Shown here piece by piece: positions 32,672 to 42,320 of a stretch of 64,000 bases of DNA. Position numbers and translations under genes: made by a program. Each line of letters opens with the position of its first letter. Within the stretch, counting starts at the first letter, position 1. The stretch lies in NCBI RefSeq assembly GCF_000027125.1, contig NC_017626.1; one strand, 5' to 3'. Under the pieces are notes generated by a model that was not told the DNA's origin, ran no database searches, and saw only the letters and a program-made list of their open reading frames with translations. The stretch is from Escherichia coli 042 (GTDB lineage: Bacteria; Pseudomonadota; Gammaproteobacteria; Enterobacterales; Enterobacteriaceae).

Positions 32672-32944
32672 TTAATGCACCAGCAGGGCGGCCTGGGTAA
32701 ACAGGTGAATGCAGAGATCATGCAACTGGATAATCATCCATTTGCCGCACACGCCCAGCACCACCAGCGTGACAATCAGCCTTGGCAAAAAGCTCAGGGT
32801 CTGTTCATTAATCTGCGTCACCGCCTGGAACACGCTCACCAGCAGGCCGACCAGCAGGCTTGGCACCACCAGTACCGAAACCAGCAAAATCACTACTTTA
32901 ATGCCGCTGGCGACAATGTCGGCGGCTACGTCTACGGTCAACAT
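32672..32944 (-). CDS. lfiQ: Lateral flagellar export protein FliQ homolog
   Basis: 90-aa two-helix membrane protein, FliQ size and character. Confidence 0.9.
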   Translation of the reverse strand: MLTVDVAADIVASGIKVVILLVSVLVVPSLLVGLLVSVFQAVTQINEQTLSFLPRLIVTLVVLGVCGKWMIIQLHDLCIHLFTQAALLVH

Positions 32945-32946
32945 AA

Positions 32947-33699
32947 TCAGCCCAGCCCCAGCCCGCGAATGCTGGTGGTGAGCGTACCGATGGTCAGCGA
33001 CCAGCCGTCGATCAGCACAAACAGCATCAGCTTAAAGGGCAGCGAAACGATCAGCGGCGACAGCATCATCATCCCCATCGCCATCAATACGCTGGCGACA
33101 ATCAGGTCGATAACCAGAAACGGGATGTAAATCATAAAGCCAATCTGGAAAGCGGTTTTCAGCTCGCTCAACACATAGGCGGGCACCACAATCGAGAGAT
33201 CCTGATCGGCAGCATTGCCCTTTGCGCCGCCGATGGTCATGATTTGCGCCATCGCTTTTTTGTCGGTCTGCGCCAGCATAAAGCGTTTCAGCGGCGTCGC
33301 GGCGGTGCTTAACGCATCGGTCAGGGTTATCTGATCGTTTTCAAACGGCACCACCGCGTGGTCGTAAATATTGAGCCAGACAGGGCGCATCACCAGCATG
33401 GTGAGGGAGAGCGCAATACCAATCAGAATGCGGTTTGGCGGCGTTTGTTGCAGCCCCAGCGCCTGGCGCAGCAGCGACAGCACGATAATAAAGCGCGTAA
33501 AGCAGGTCATCATCAGCACCATCGTCGGCAGCAAACCGACGAGGGTCATCAGAATCAGCACCTGGATTTTGACGCTGTACTCCTGAGTGTTGCCGTGGGT
33601 GACCACGTTAAGCAGCGCAATATCGCCCCCCTGGGCCAACGCCACCGGCGCAAGCGCCAGCAGCCCAAGGCCCAGCGTCAGTTGAGTGCGGCGTTTCAT
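32947..33699 (-). CDS. lfiP: Lateral flagellar export protein FliP homolog
   Basis: 250-aa ORF with signal peptide and FliP character. Confidence 0.9.
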   Translation of the reverse strand: MKRRTQLTLGLGLLALAPVALAQGGDIALLNVVTHGNTQEYSVKIQVLILMTLVGLLPTMVLMMTCFTRFIIVLSLLRQALGLQQTPPNRILIGIALSLTMLVMRPVWLNIYDHAVVPFENDQITLTDALSTAATPLKRFMLAQTDKKAMAQIMTIGGAKGNAADQDLSIVVPAYVLSELKTAFQIGFMIYIPFLVIDLIVASVLMAMGMMMLSPLIVSLPFKLMLFVLIDGWSLTIGTLTTSIRGLGLG

Positions 33700-34067
33700 G
33701 GTGCCAGGTCGTTGATATCGCGGGTGTTAAACTCCAGCACGCGCAGGCCGTACTTCTCGTTGACCACCACCACTTCTGCTTTGCCCAGCAGGATATTGTT
33801 CACTTTAATATCCAGCGGCTCCCCGGCGAGTTTATCCAGCTCAATCACCGTGTCGTCGTCGATGTTTAGCAGGTCGGCTAACATAATTTCCACCGACGAC
33901 ACTTCCAGCGTTAAGGTCACCGGAATGCGTTTCAACAGCGTCATCGAGTCGGAAAAGCGGTCTTCCAGGCGGGTGACCAGCGTTTCAGCGTCGGCGGATT
34001 TCGCGACAGGCGCAACTTCATCGGTGAGGCCAAAATCCCCGGCTAAAATATCTTCTTGCTTACTCAT
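33696..34067 (-). CDS. lfiN: Lateral flagellar C-ring protein FliN homolog
   Basis: Start placed at MSKQEDI (123 aa) just after the fliM stop; C-terminal SpoA-like region. Confidence 0.85.
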   Translation of the reverse strand: MSKQEDILAGDFGLTDEVAPVAKSADAETLVTRLEDRFSDSMTLLKRIPVTLTLEVSSVEIMLADLLNIDDDTVIELDKLAGEPLDIKVNNILLGKAEVVVVNEKYGLRVLEFNTRDINDLAP

Positions 34068-34911
34068 GGCTATTCTCATTTTTGCCCGCCAGCTCCGACA
34101 AAAACAGTTTGTCTTTGTCTTCCACAATCAGGGCGCTAAATAATTCAGATTGCCCAATCGCCACCGGGAACGTTTCTCCCAGCGAGATGGGTAAAATATC
34201 CCCGGCTTTTATCTGCGTGAGATCCGCGACATTCAGCGACAGCTCGGCGATTTTGACGTTCAGGGTCAGCGGCAGGGAGCGGATGATTTCTTTAATCAGG
34301 GCCGGTTTATTAACGGATTTCGCCACCTGCTGCGGTTTACTGTGCTCGCTGTGGCGGATCAGATTCAAAATAAAATCGGTGTGGGCGTCGTCGAGCAAAA
34401 TACGAAAACTGCTCTCTTCATCGTCCGCAAGGGTAAAGGTTAATTGATACGCCCAGTGGGTAATCACCGTGCTGCTGTCCAGTTTTAATTTCAGCGCAAT
34501 ACCGGAGGTTTGCAGATTAAATATCAGCGTGCAGATATCCAGCGCCAGACGGTTTTTTAAACGCGTTTCGGTTTTGGTCGGCAACCCGTTATGGGCTTTC
34601 GCCTCTTCAAGAGACGACTCCAGACCATAAAAATTGCCCAGCAGCATTAACAATAAGGAGCGATCAATATCAAACGCCAGATGCCCGACCTGGGAAACCA
34701 TCAGTTCGGCGTTTTTATTAATAATATCCATTTCGCAGCCAATCTTTTTTAAGGTGATATTGCTGCGATGCTTTTTGAGAAAGTAGCTGCCAAGATGCGA
34801 ATCAATCACGTCAAAATTCCCCGTAAACAGGGTCGGCAGGCGATGGTAGGGGCGTCCGAGCCGATTACCTTCTAATTTAAAGATGCCTGGCGTTTTACTG
34901 TACTTCAGCAT
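34060..34911 (-). CDS. lfiM: Lateral flagellar C-ring protein FliM homolog
   Basis: 283-aa ORF, first gene of the minus-strand operon lfiMNPQR-lfhBA. Confidence 0.9.
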   Translation of the reverse strand: MLKYSKTPGIFKLEGNRLGRPYHRLPTLFTGNFDVIDSHLGSYFLKKHRSNITLKKIGCEMDIINKNAELMVSQVGHLAFDIDRSLLLMLLGNFYGLESSLEEAKAHNGLPTKTETRLKNRLALDICTLIFNLQTSGIALKLKLDSSTVITHWAYQLTFTLADDEESSFRILLDDAHTDFILNLIRHSEHSKPQQVAKSVNKPALIKEIIRSLPLTLNVKIAELSLNVADLTQIKAGDILPISLGETFPVAIGQSELFSALIVEDKDKLFLSELAGKNENSHE

Positions 34912-35059
34912 GGCTTACTTTCTCTGCTGTAATGGTATGGGTGTTTCTGTGCACGCAAATCCGGCTGTGACACAAGGTGAGGTATTAAATAGAGGGGGAG
35001 TGAAAGGGGCAAATTATTAATAGGGTGAAGATATAATTAAATTATTAATGGGTGATATA

Positions 35060-35168
<109 letters not shown>

Positions 35169-35298
35169 GGTGTTGCATGTAACTGGTTGTTTAATAACAA
35201 TTAATATTTTTATTATCGTTTAATTCGAACTTGTTAATCCCGCCGGTGATACGCTTCAGAACATCCTGATTAATGTCGCTACTTATATCGTTCACCCT

Positions 35299-36279
35299 AT
35301 GTCTGAACTTATTGCAACTGCCGCTTCCAGCATTAACGCTTTTACTCTGGCAAAGCGTGTCGCCGCATTTAACGTGCCGGTGCTCATTCAGGGCGAAACC
35401 GGTGCGGGCAAAGAGTGCGTGGCGAAATATATTCACTCCGTAGCCTTTGGTGAAAACGCGCCCTATATCGGCGTGAACTGCGCGGCGATCCCGGAAAATA
35501 TGCTGGAAGCGACCTTATTTGGCTACGACAAAGGCGCATTTACCGGCGCAATTGCCAGCGTACCAGGCAAAATGGAACTGGCGAATAACGGCACCTTATT
35601 GCTCGATGAAATTGGCGATATGCCGCTGGCGCTACAGGCCAAAATATTACGCGTATTGCAGGAACAGCAGGTTGAGCGATTAGGCAGTAACCGACAAATT
35701 AAACTCAATTTTCGCCTGATTGCCTGCACCAATAAAAACCTTGAGCAGGAAGTCGCCGCCGGGCGTTTTCGTGAAGATCTCTATTATCGTCTGGCGGTTA
35801 TTCCTATTACCATGCCGCCGCTGCGTGAACGCCTGAACGATATTATCCCGCTGGCAGAGTCATTTATTAAAAAATACTCCACAGTGCTGGTGAAAAATAT
35901 CACCCTTTCAGAATCTACTCGCCGGGCGCTGCTCAATTACCGCTGGCCCGGCAACGTGCGCCAGCTGGAGAACGCCATTCAGCGTGGAATGATTTTAAAT
36001 CGCGACGGCGTGATTTTCCCGGATGCCTTAGGCCTGCCGGAAATAGACGTTGCCGATCACAGTGAACTGCAATGGCCTGTTCAGCCCTCCGTATCTGTTG
36101 CGGAAACCAGCGATTTAGGCCAGGCCGGACGTAGCGCCCAGTATCAATATATCGCCGACCTGATGCGTAAATATCAGGGCAACCGCAGCAAAATTGCCGA
36201 CCTGTTAGGCATTACCCCGCGCGCACTGCGCTATCGACTGGCCTCCATGCGCAAGCAAGGTATCGAAGTTTTCTCCTGA
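35299..36279 (+). CDS. lafK: Sigma-54-dependent transcriptional activator LafK, AAA+ plus HTH only, no N-terminal regulatory domain
   Basis: Walker A GETGAGKE about 30 aa from the start, GAFTGA motif present, C-terminal HTH (KIADLLGITPRALRYRL). Confidence 0.85.
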   Translation: MSELIATAASSINAFTLAKRVAAFNVPVLIQGETGAGKECVAKYIHSVAFGENAPYIGVNCAAIPENMLEATLFGYDKGAFTGAIASVPGKMELANNGTLLLDEIGDMPLALQAKILRVLQEQQVERLGSNRQIKLNFRLIACTNKNLEQEVAAGRFREDLYYRLAVIPITMPPLRERLNDIIPLAESFIKKYSTVLVKNITLSESTRRALLNYRWPGNVRQLENAIQRGMILNRDGVIFPDALGLPEIDVADHSELQWPVQPSVSVAETSDLGQAGRSAQYQYIADLMRKYQGNRSKIADLLGITPRALRYRLASMRKQGIEVFS

Positions 36280-36293
36280 CCCGGAAGTTAAAA

Positions 36294-36635
36294 ATGAGCA
36301 TTACCACAATCAACAGCACCATGCAGGCGCAAATCATGCAGGACGTGCAGCGGATGCAGGCCAACGCCCAGGCACCGGTGCTGCCCGCCATGACCTTCAG
36401 TTCCACCGACCCGGACGTTTCGTTTAACCGCATTATGTCCGGCGCGCTCGGTCACGTTGACCAGTTCCAGCAGGTGGCGGAGCAGCAGCAAACAGCTATC
36501 GACACGGGCAAAAGTGATGATTTAGCAGGTGCGATGATCGCCAGCCAGCAGGCGTCGCTCTCTTTCTCCGCGCTGGTGCAGGTGCGCAACAAAATCGCCA
36601 CCGGATTTAACGATCTGATGAGTATGTCGATCTAA
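36294..36635 (+). CDS. lfiE: Lateral flagellar MS-ring/rod junction protein FliE homolog
   Basis: 113-aa ORF, FliE size and character. Confidence 0.85.
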   Translation: MSITTINSTMQAQIMQDVQRMQANAQAPVLPAMTFSSTDPDVSFNRIMSGALGHVDQFQQVAEQQQTAIDTGKSDDLAGAMIASQQASLSFSALVQVRNKIATGFNDLMSMSI

Positions 36636-36639
36636 CCCT

Positions 36640-38286
36640 ATGAATGCACAAATAAAGAAGTTAACCCAGGCGTTTCCGGCGTTTCGACTGCGTCTTGCAG
36701 ATAACAAACGCTGGGCATTGATGGCGGGAGTGGGGCTTGCCGTTGCGGCGACGGCGATTATCGTTAGTGTGCTGTGGACCGGTAATCGCGGCTACGTCTC
36801 GCTCTACGGACGCCAGGAAAATCTGCCCGTGTCGCAGATTGTCACCGTGCTGGACGGTGAAAAGCTCAGCTACCGCATTGACCCGCAGAGCGGGCAAATT
36901 CTGGTGCCGGAAGACGCGTTGTCGAAAACGCGCATGACCCTTGCCGCCAAAGGCGTGCAGGCGATATTGCCCAGCGGCTACGAGCTGATGGACAAAGACG
37001 AAGTGCTCGGCAGCAGCCAGTTCGTGCAGAACGTGCGCTACAAACGCAGCCTCGAAGGGGAGCTGGCGCAGAGCATTATGTCGCTGGACTCGGTGGAGAG
37101 TGCGCGGGTGCATCTGGCGCTTAACGAAGAAAGTTCGTTTGTGGTCAGCGATGAGCCGCAAAACAGCGCCTCGGTGGTGGTGCGCCTGCACTACGGCGCG
37201 AAGCTGAATATGGACCAGGTGAACGCCATTGTGCATCTGGTGTCCGGCAGCATTCCGGGGCTGCACGCCAGCAAAGTTAGCGTCGTCGATCAGGCGGGAA
37301 ATCTGCTGACCGACGGCATTGGCGCAGGCGAGGCGGTTTCTGCCGCCACCCGTAAACGCGATCAAATCCTCAAAGATATCCAGGACAAAACCCGCGCCAG
37401 CGTGGCGAACGTGCTGGATTCGCTGGTTGGTACGGGGAATTACCGCGTCAGCGTCATGCCGGATCTCGACCTCAGTACCATCGACGAAACCCAGGAACAC
37501 TACGGCGACGCGCCGAAAATCAACCGCGAAGAAAACGTGCTGGACAGCGACACTAATCAGGTGGCGATGGGCGTACCCGGCTCGCTCAGCAACCGTCCGC
37601 CCGTTGCGGCGAATCAGATGACCAACGGTACGGAAGAAAATCGCTCGCCGGAAGCGTTATCCAAACACAGCGAAAGCAAGCGCGATTACTCTTACGACCG
37701 CAGCGTCCAGCATATTCAGCATCCCGGATTTGCGGTGAAACGCCTTAACGTGGCGGTGGTGCTCAATCAAAACGCCCCGGCGATGAAAAACTGGAAGCCG
37801 GAGCAGACCGCACAGCTTACCGCGCTGCTGAACAATGCCGCCGGGATCGACGTCCAGCGCGGTGACAATCTCACCTTATCGCTGCTTAACTTTGTCCCGC
37901 AGGCGGTGCCGGTCGAACCAATTATTCCGCTGTGGAAAGATGACAGCGTGCTGGCCTGGGTACGCCTGATTGGCTGCGGCCTGCTGGCGCTGTTGTTGCT
38001 GTTCTTTGTGGTGCGCCCGGTAATGAAACGCCTGACGGCGGTGCGTGCGCCGGTTATCACACCAGAACCGGAAGCTGTCAGCGAACCGTGGATTGCCATG
38101 CCGGAAGAGGAGCGCAAAAACGTCGACCTGCCGTCGCTGCCTGGTGATGACAGCCTGCCGTCCCAGAGTTCCGGCCTCGAAGTAAAACTCGAGTTCCTGC
38201 AAAAACTGGCCATGAGCGACACCGATCGCGTAGCCGAAGTTCTCAGACAATGGATCACCAGCAATGAGCGAATTGACAACAAATAA
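36640..38286 (+). CDS. lfiF: Lateral flagellar MS-ring protein FliF homolog
   Basis: 548-aa ORF with N- and C-terminal TM segments. Confidence 0.9.
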   Translation: MNAQIKKLTQAFPAFRLRLADNKRWALMAGVGLAVAATAIIVSVLWTGNRGYVSLYGRQENLPVSQIVTVLDGEKLSYRIDPQSGQILVPEDALSKTRMTLAAKGVQAILPSGYELMDKDEVLGSSQFVQNVRYKRSLEGELAQSIMSLDSVESARVHLALNEESSFVVSDEPQNSASVVVRLHYGAKLNMDQVNAIVHLVSGSIPGLHASKVSVVDQAGNLLTDGIGAGEAVSAATRKRDQILKDIQDKTRASVANVLDSLVGTGNYRVSVMPDLDLSTIDETQEHYGDAPKINREENVLDSDTNQVAMGVPGSLSNRPPVAANQMTNGTEENRSPEALSKHSESKRDYSYDRSVQHIQHPGFAVKRLNVAVVLNQNAPAMKNWKPEQTAQLTALLNNAAGIDVQRGDNLTLSLLNFVPQAVPVEPIIPLWKDDSVLAWVRLIGCGLLALLLLFFVVRPVMKRLTAVRAPVITPEPEAVSEPWIAMPEEERKNVDLPSLPGDDSLPSQSSGLEVKLEFLQKLAMSDTDRVAEVLRQWITSNERIDNK

Positions 38287-39274
38287 GAGCAACAGCTACC
38301 TGGAACAGGCGGCGATCCTGCTGCTGTGTCTGGGCGAAGAAGCGGCGGCGACGGTGATGCAAAAACTCAGCCGCGAAGAAGTGGTGCGCCTGAGCGAAAA
38401 CATGGCGCGGCTTTCCGGCGTCAAAACCAGCATGGCGCGCAGAGTGATCAACAACTTCTTTGATGAATTCCGCGAACAGAGCGGCATCAACGGCGCATCG
38501 CGATCCATGTTGCAGGGGATCCTCAACAAAGCCCTCGGCACCGAGATCGCCAGCAGCGTGATCAACGGCATCTACGGCGATGAGATCCGCTCGCGGATGG
38601 CGCGCCTGCAATGGGTGGAACCGCGCCAGTTAGCGATGCTGATCTCCGAAGAACATCTGCAATTGCAGGCGGTATTCCTCGCGTTTCTGACGCCGGAAAT
38701 CTCGGCAGCGGTGCTCTCTTATCTCAACGAATCGGTGCAAAACGAAATTCTCTACCGGGTGGCGAAACTCAACGATGTTAACCGCGACGTGGTGGATGAA
38801 CTGGATCGCCTGATCGAACGCGGCCTGTCGGTGCTTTCGGAGCACGGCTCGAAGGTAAAAGGCATCAAACAGGCGGCGGATATCGTCAACCGCTTCCAGG
38901 GTAACCAGCAGGTGATCCTCGACCAGATGCGCGAGCGCGACGAAGAGGTGCTGGAGCAGCTTCAGGATGAGATGTACGACTTCTTTATCCTCAGCCGCCA
39001 GAACGAAGAGGTGCGTCGACGTCTGCTCGACGAAGTACCGATGGAAGACTGGGCGGTAGCGCTGAAAGGCACCGAAGCCCTGTTGCGCCGTTCCATTTAC
39101 GCTGTGATGCCAAAACGTCAGGCGCAGCAACTGGAAGCCATTACCGCGCGTCTGGGGCCGGTGCCGGTCAGCCGTATCGAACAGATCCGCCGCGAAATCA
39201 TGGGCATTGCCCGTGAACTGGAAGAGGCGGGCGAAATTCAGCTACAGCTCTTTGCGGAACAGACGGCGGAGTAA
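38264..39274 (+). CDS. lfiG: Lateral flagellar motor switch protein FliG homolog
   Basis: 336-aa FliG-like ORF. Confidence 0.9.
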   Translation: MSELTTNKSNSYLEQAAILLLCLGEEAAATVMQKLSREEVVRLSENMARLSGVKTSMARRVINNFFDEFREQSGINGASRSMLQGILNKALGTEIASSVINGIYGDEIRSRMARLQWVEPRQLAMLISEEHLQLQAVFLAFLTPEISAAVLSYLNESVQNEILYRVAKLNDVNRDVVDELDRLIERGLSVLSEHGSKVKGIKQAADIVNRFQGNQQVILDQMRERDEEVLEQLQDEMYDFFILSRQNEEVRRRLLDEVPMEDWAVALKGTEALLRRSIYAVMPKRQAQQLEAITARLGPVPVSRIEQIRREIMGIARELEEAGEIQLQLFAEQTAE

Positions 39275-39277
39275 CCC

Positions 39278-39988
39278 ATGACCATTGAAACACTGCGCGG
39301 GCGCTATCGCCTGCACCGTTTTCCGCCGCGCCAGCGTGCGGTGACAGGAGAACCGCTCACCGCCAGCATTAGCGCCGCCGATTACCAGCGCCAGTTGATG
39401 GACGGTTTTCAGGAAGGGCTGCAAAAAGGCTTTGCTCAGGGAATGACCGAAGGTCAGGAGCAGGGCTTTAGCGAAGGTCATCAGCAAGGTTTTGCCGAGG
39501 GGCGACGCCAGGGTTACACCGAAGGCAGCCTCGCCGGGCAGCAGGAAGGGCGCAAACAGTTTGTTGAGGCGGCGCAGCCGCTGAAAGCCATCACCGGAAA
39601 AGTGAACGACTTCCTCGCCCATATCGAACGTAAACAGCGGGAAGATTTGCTGCAACTGGTGGAAAAAGTCACCCGCCAGGTGATCCGCTGCGAACTGGCG
39701 CTGCAACCGACGCAGTTGCTGGCGCTGGTGGAAGAGGCACTGGCGGCCTTCCCGGCGATGCCGGAGACCCTGCAAGTAATGCTGAGCACGGAAGAATTTA
39801 ACCGCCTGCGCGACGCGGTGCCGGAAAAGGTCAGTGAATGGGGGCTGACGCCTTCGCCGGATCTGCCGCCGGGGGAATGCCGGGTGATCACTGATAAATC
39901 AGAACTGGATATCGGCTGCGAGCATCGCCTGGAACAGTGCATGACCGCACTGAAAGAAACCCTAACGCCGGAGTCTCAGGGTGAGTGA
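39278..39988 (+). CDS. lfiH: Lateral flagellar export ATPase regulator FliH homolog
   Basis: 236-aa ORF with the AxxxG/GxxxG repeat tract (GFQEGLQKGFAQGMTEGQEQGFSEGHQQGFAEG). Confidence 0.85.
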   Translation: MTIETLRGRYRLHRFPPRQRAVTGEPLTASISAADYQRQLMDGFQEGLQKGFAQGMTEGQEQGFSEGHQQGFAEGRRQGYTEGSLAGQQEGRKQFVEAAQPLKAITGKVNDFLAHIERKQREDLLQLVEKVTRQVIRCELALQPTQLLALVEEALAAFPAMPETLQVMLSTEEFNRLRDAVPEKVSEWGLTPSPDLPPGECRVITDKSELDIGCEHRLEQCMTALKETLTPESQGE

Positions 39989-41318
39989 TTTTTCCGCTTT
40001 CGATAACGCGCTGCGCTCGCTGGAGTCGATCCCGCTGGCCCGCGTCGCCGGGCGGCTGGTGCGGCTTAACGGCATCCTGCTGGAGTGCGTCGGCTGCTCG
40101 CTAATGACCGGACAACTGTGCCGCATCGAAAGCGCCAATCACACGCTGATCGACGCGCAGGCCGTGGGCTTTAACCGCGACATCACCTACTTAATGCCGT
40201 TTAAACAGCCGGTCGGACTGATGGCGGGCGCACGCGTCTTCCCGGAAGAAAAAGCCCACGACATCCTGATTGGCGAAAGCTGGTTAGGCCGCGTGGTTAA
40301 CGGCCTCGGCGAACCGCTGGATGGCAAAGGTCGCCTGAACGGCAACGATCTTCTGCCGCCGCTGCCGCCGTCGGTCAATCCCTTAACCCGCCGATCGGTG
40401 GACGAACCGCTGGACGTGGGCGTGAAAGCGATCAACGGCCTGCTGACCATCGGCAAAGGCCAGCGCGTCGGTCTGATGGCGGGCAGCGGCGTCGGGAAAA
40501 GTGTGCTGCTGGGGATGATCACCCGCCAGACCAAAGCCGATATCGTGGTGGTCGGGCTGATTGGCGAACGCGGGCGCGAAGTGAAAGAGTTTATCGACCA
40601 CTCACTGGGCGCGGACGGGTTGGCAAAGTCTATCGTCGTCGTCGCGCCTGCCGATGAATCGCCGCTGATGCGCCTGAAAGCCACCGAACTGTGCCACTCC
40701 ATCGCTGCCTGGTTTCGCGACCGCGGGCATCACGTTTTACTGCTGGTGGATTCCCTGACCCGTTACGCGATGGCCCAGCGGGAAATAGCTCTCTCGCTCG
40801 GCGAACCGCCCGCCACCAAAGGCTATCCGCCGTCGGCATTCGGCATGATCCCCAAACTGGTCGAGAGCGCAGGCAACAGCGAAAGCTCGGGATCGATGAC
40901 CGCCATCTACACCGTGCTGGCGGAAGGCGACGATCAGCAAGATCCGATTGTCGACTGCGCCCGTGCGGTGCTGGACGGGCATATCGTATTAACCCGCAAA
41001 CTGGCGGAAGCGGGGCATTATCCGGCCATTGATATCGGCCAGTCGATCAGCCGCTGCATGAATCAGGTGACCAGCCTGGAACATCAGCAATCCGCCCGTG
41101 CGTTAAAGCAAAACTACGCCGCGTATATGGAGATCAAACCGCTGATCCCGCTCGGCGGCTACGTGGCAGGTGCCGACGCCAGCGTCGACAAAGCGGTAAA
41201 AATGTTCCCGGCTATCGAGCGGTTTTTGCGCCAGGAGATGCGCGAACCCGCCTCCCTGGAACTGGTGCAAAGCCGCCTGCAAATCCTCTTTCCTGGCGTC
41301 AAAAAGGCAGAACAGTAA
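39981..41318 (+). CDS. lfiI: Lateral flagellum-specific export ATPase FliI homolog
   Basis: 445-aa ORF with Walker A GSGVGKS and F1-ATPase-like fold character. Confidence 0.95.
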   Translation: MSDFSAFDNALRSLESIPLARVAGRLVRLNGILLECVGCSLMTGQLCRIESANHTLIDAQAVGFNRDITYLMPFKQPVGLMAGARVFPEEKAHDILIGESWLGRVVNGLGEPLDGKGRLNGNDLLPPLPPSVNPLTRRSVDEPLDVGVKAINGLLTIGKGQRVGLMAGSGVGKSVLLGMITRQTKADIVVVGLIGERGREVKEFIDHSLGADGLAKSIVVVAPADESPLMRLKATELCHSIAAWFRDRGHHVLLLVDSLTRYAMAQREIALSLGEPPATKGYPPSAFGMIPKLVESAGNSESSGSMTAIYTVLAEGDDQQDPIVDCARAVLDGHIVLTRKLAEAGHYPAIDIGQSISRCMNQVTSLEHQQSARALKQNYAAYMEIKPLIPLGGYVAGADASVDKAVKMFPAIERFLRQEMREPASLELVQSRLQILFPGVKKAEQ

Positions 41319-41320
41319 CC

Positions 41321-41755
41321 ATGCGACAAATCATCGACACCCTCGCGCAGTTGCAGCGCCTGCGGGATAAATCGGTCAAAGACAAAACTGTCGAGCTGGC
41401 AAAGCAAAAACAGATCTGCGCGGGCTATGACAACAATATTAAGGCGTTAGGCTACCTGGTAGAGAAAACGTCTGCGGGCGCGGCGGCGTCGGTGGAATCG
41501 CTGAAAAACGTCAGCGGCTACAAAGGCACCCTGCGCAAGGTGATCGCCTGGCAGGAACAGGAAAAAACGCTGGCTAACATCAAAGCCACGCGAATGCAGA
41601 AAAACCTGACGGCGGCGGCGTGCGAAGAGAAAGTGGTGGCCCTGACGCTGGACGACAAACGCCGCGAGCAGCAGGAAAGCGCCACGGCGAAAGCGCAAAA
41701 AGCGGTGGATGACATTGCCGTTCAGTGCTGGCTACGGCATAAATTAGCGGAGTAG
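41321..41755 (+). CDS. lfiJ: Lateral flagellar export chaperone FliJ homolog
   Basis: 144-aa coiled-coil-type ORF following fliI. Confidence 0.8.
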   Translation: MRQIIDTLAQLQRLRDKSVKDKTVELAKQKQICAGYDNNIKALGYLVEKTSAGAAASVESLKNVSGYKGTLRKVIAWQEQEKTLANIKATRMQKNLTAAACEEKVVALTLDDKRREQQESATAKAQKAVDDIAVQCWLRHKLAE

Positions 41756-41757
41756 CG

Positions 41758-42162
41758 ATGAAAACGGTCATCACCTTCGGCACCTTTGATGTGTTTCACG
41801 TCGGTCATCTGCGCCTTTTACAACGCGCCCGCACGCTGGGCGAACGGTTGCTGGTCGGCGTATCGTCCGATGCCCTGAACATCGCCAAAAAGGGCAGGGC
41901 ACCGGTTTACCATCAGGATGACCGCATGGCGATCATCGCCGGGCTGGCGTGCGTGGAGGGCGTATTTCTGGAGGAATCGCTGGAGCAGAAAGCGGAGTAT
42001 TTGCGGGGGTACGGTGCGGATATTTTGGTGATGGGCGATGACTGGGCGGGGAAGTTTGACGATTTCTCGTGTGTCTGTGAGGTGGTCTATTTTCCCCGTA
42101 CGCCATCGGTATCGACGACGGAGATTATTGAGGTGATTAGGGGTAAATCAGCCACCTACTGA
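41758..42162 (+). CDS. Glycerol-3-phosphate cytidylyltransferase-like protein (TagD-like)
   Basis: 134-aa ORF with the cytidylyltransferase signature TFGTFDVFHVGHLRLL (HxGH) and C-terminal RTPSVSTTEII. Confidence 0.8.
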   Translation: MKTVITFGTFDVFHVGHLRLLQRARTLGERLLVGVSSDALNIAKKGRAPVYHQDDRMAIIAGLACVEGVFLEESLEQKAEYLRGYGADILVMGDDWAGKFDDFSCVCEVVYFPRTPSVSTTEIIEVIRGKSATY

Positions 42163-42217
42163 TTTAATTCCCGCGGTGAGAGAAGATGATGCCGTCTGCC
42201 GTTTGGCTATGTTAAAT

Positions 42218-42320
42218 ATGTTTAAAAAATCGCGTTTTTTCGACATATCCCCAAAACATGTCGATGGCATAAACGTATTCCAACGACATGTTTAAAAATC
42301 GCATTTTATCGACATATCCC
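42218..42320. repeat. Two direct copies of a ~33-bp hairpin-forming element between the convergent transferase genes
   Basis: ATGTTTAAAAAATCGCGTTTTTTCGACATATCCCC (about 42218-42252) and ATGTTTAAAAATCGCATTTTATCGACATATCCC (about 42288-42320); each has an A-run/T-run hairpin core. Confidence 0.6.

Noticed and set aside
36661-37500. 279-aa minus-strand ORF
   Set aside because: Antisense to the FliF-homolog gene; no homolog-like features.
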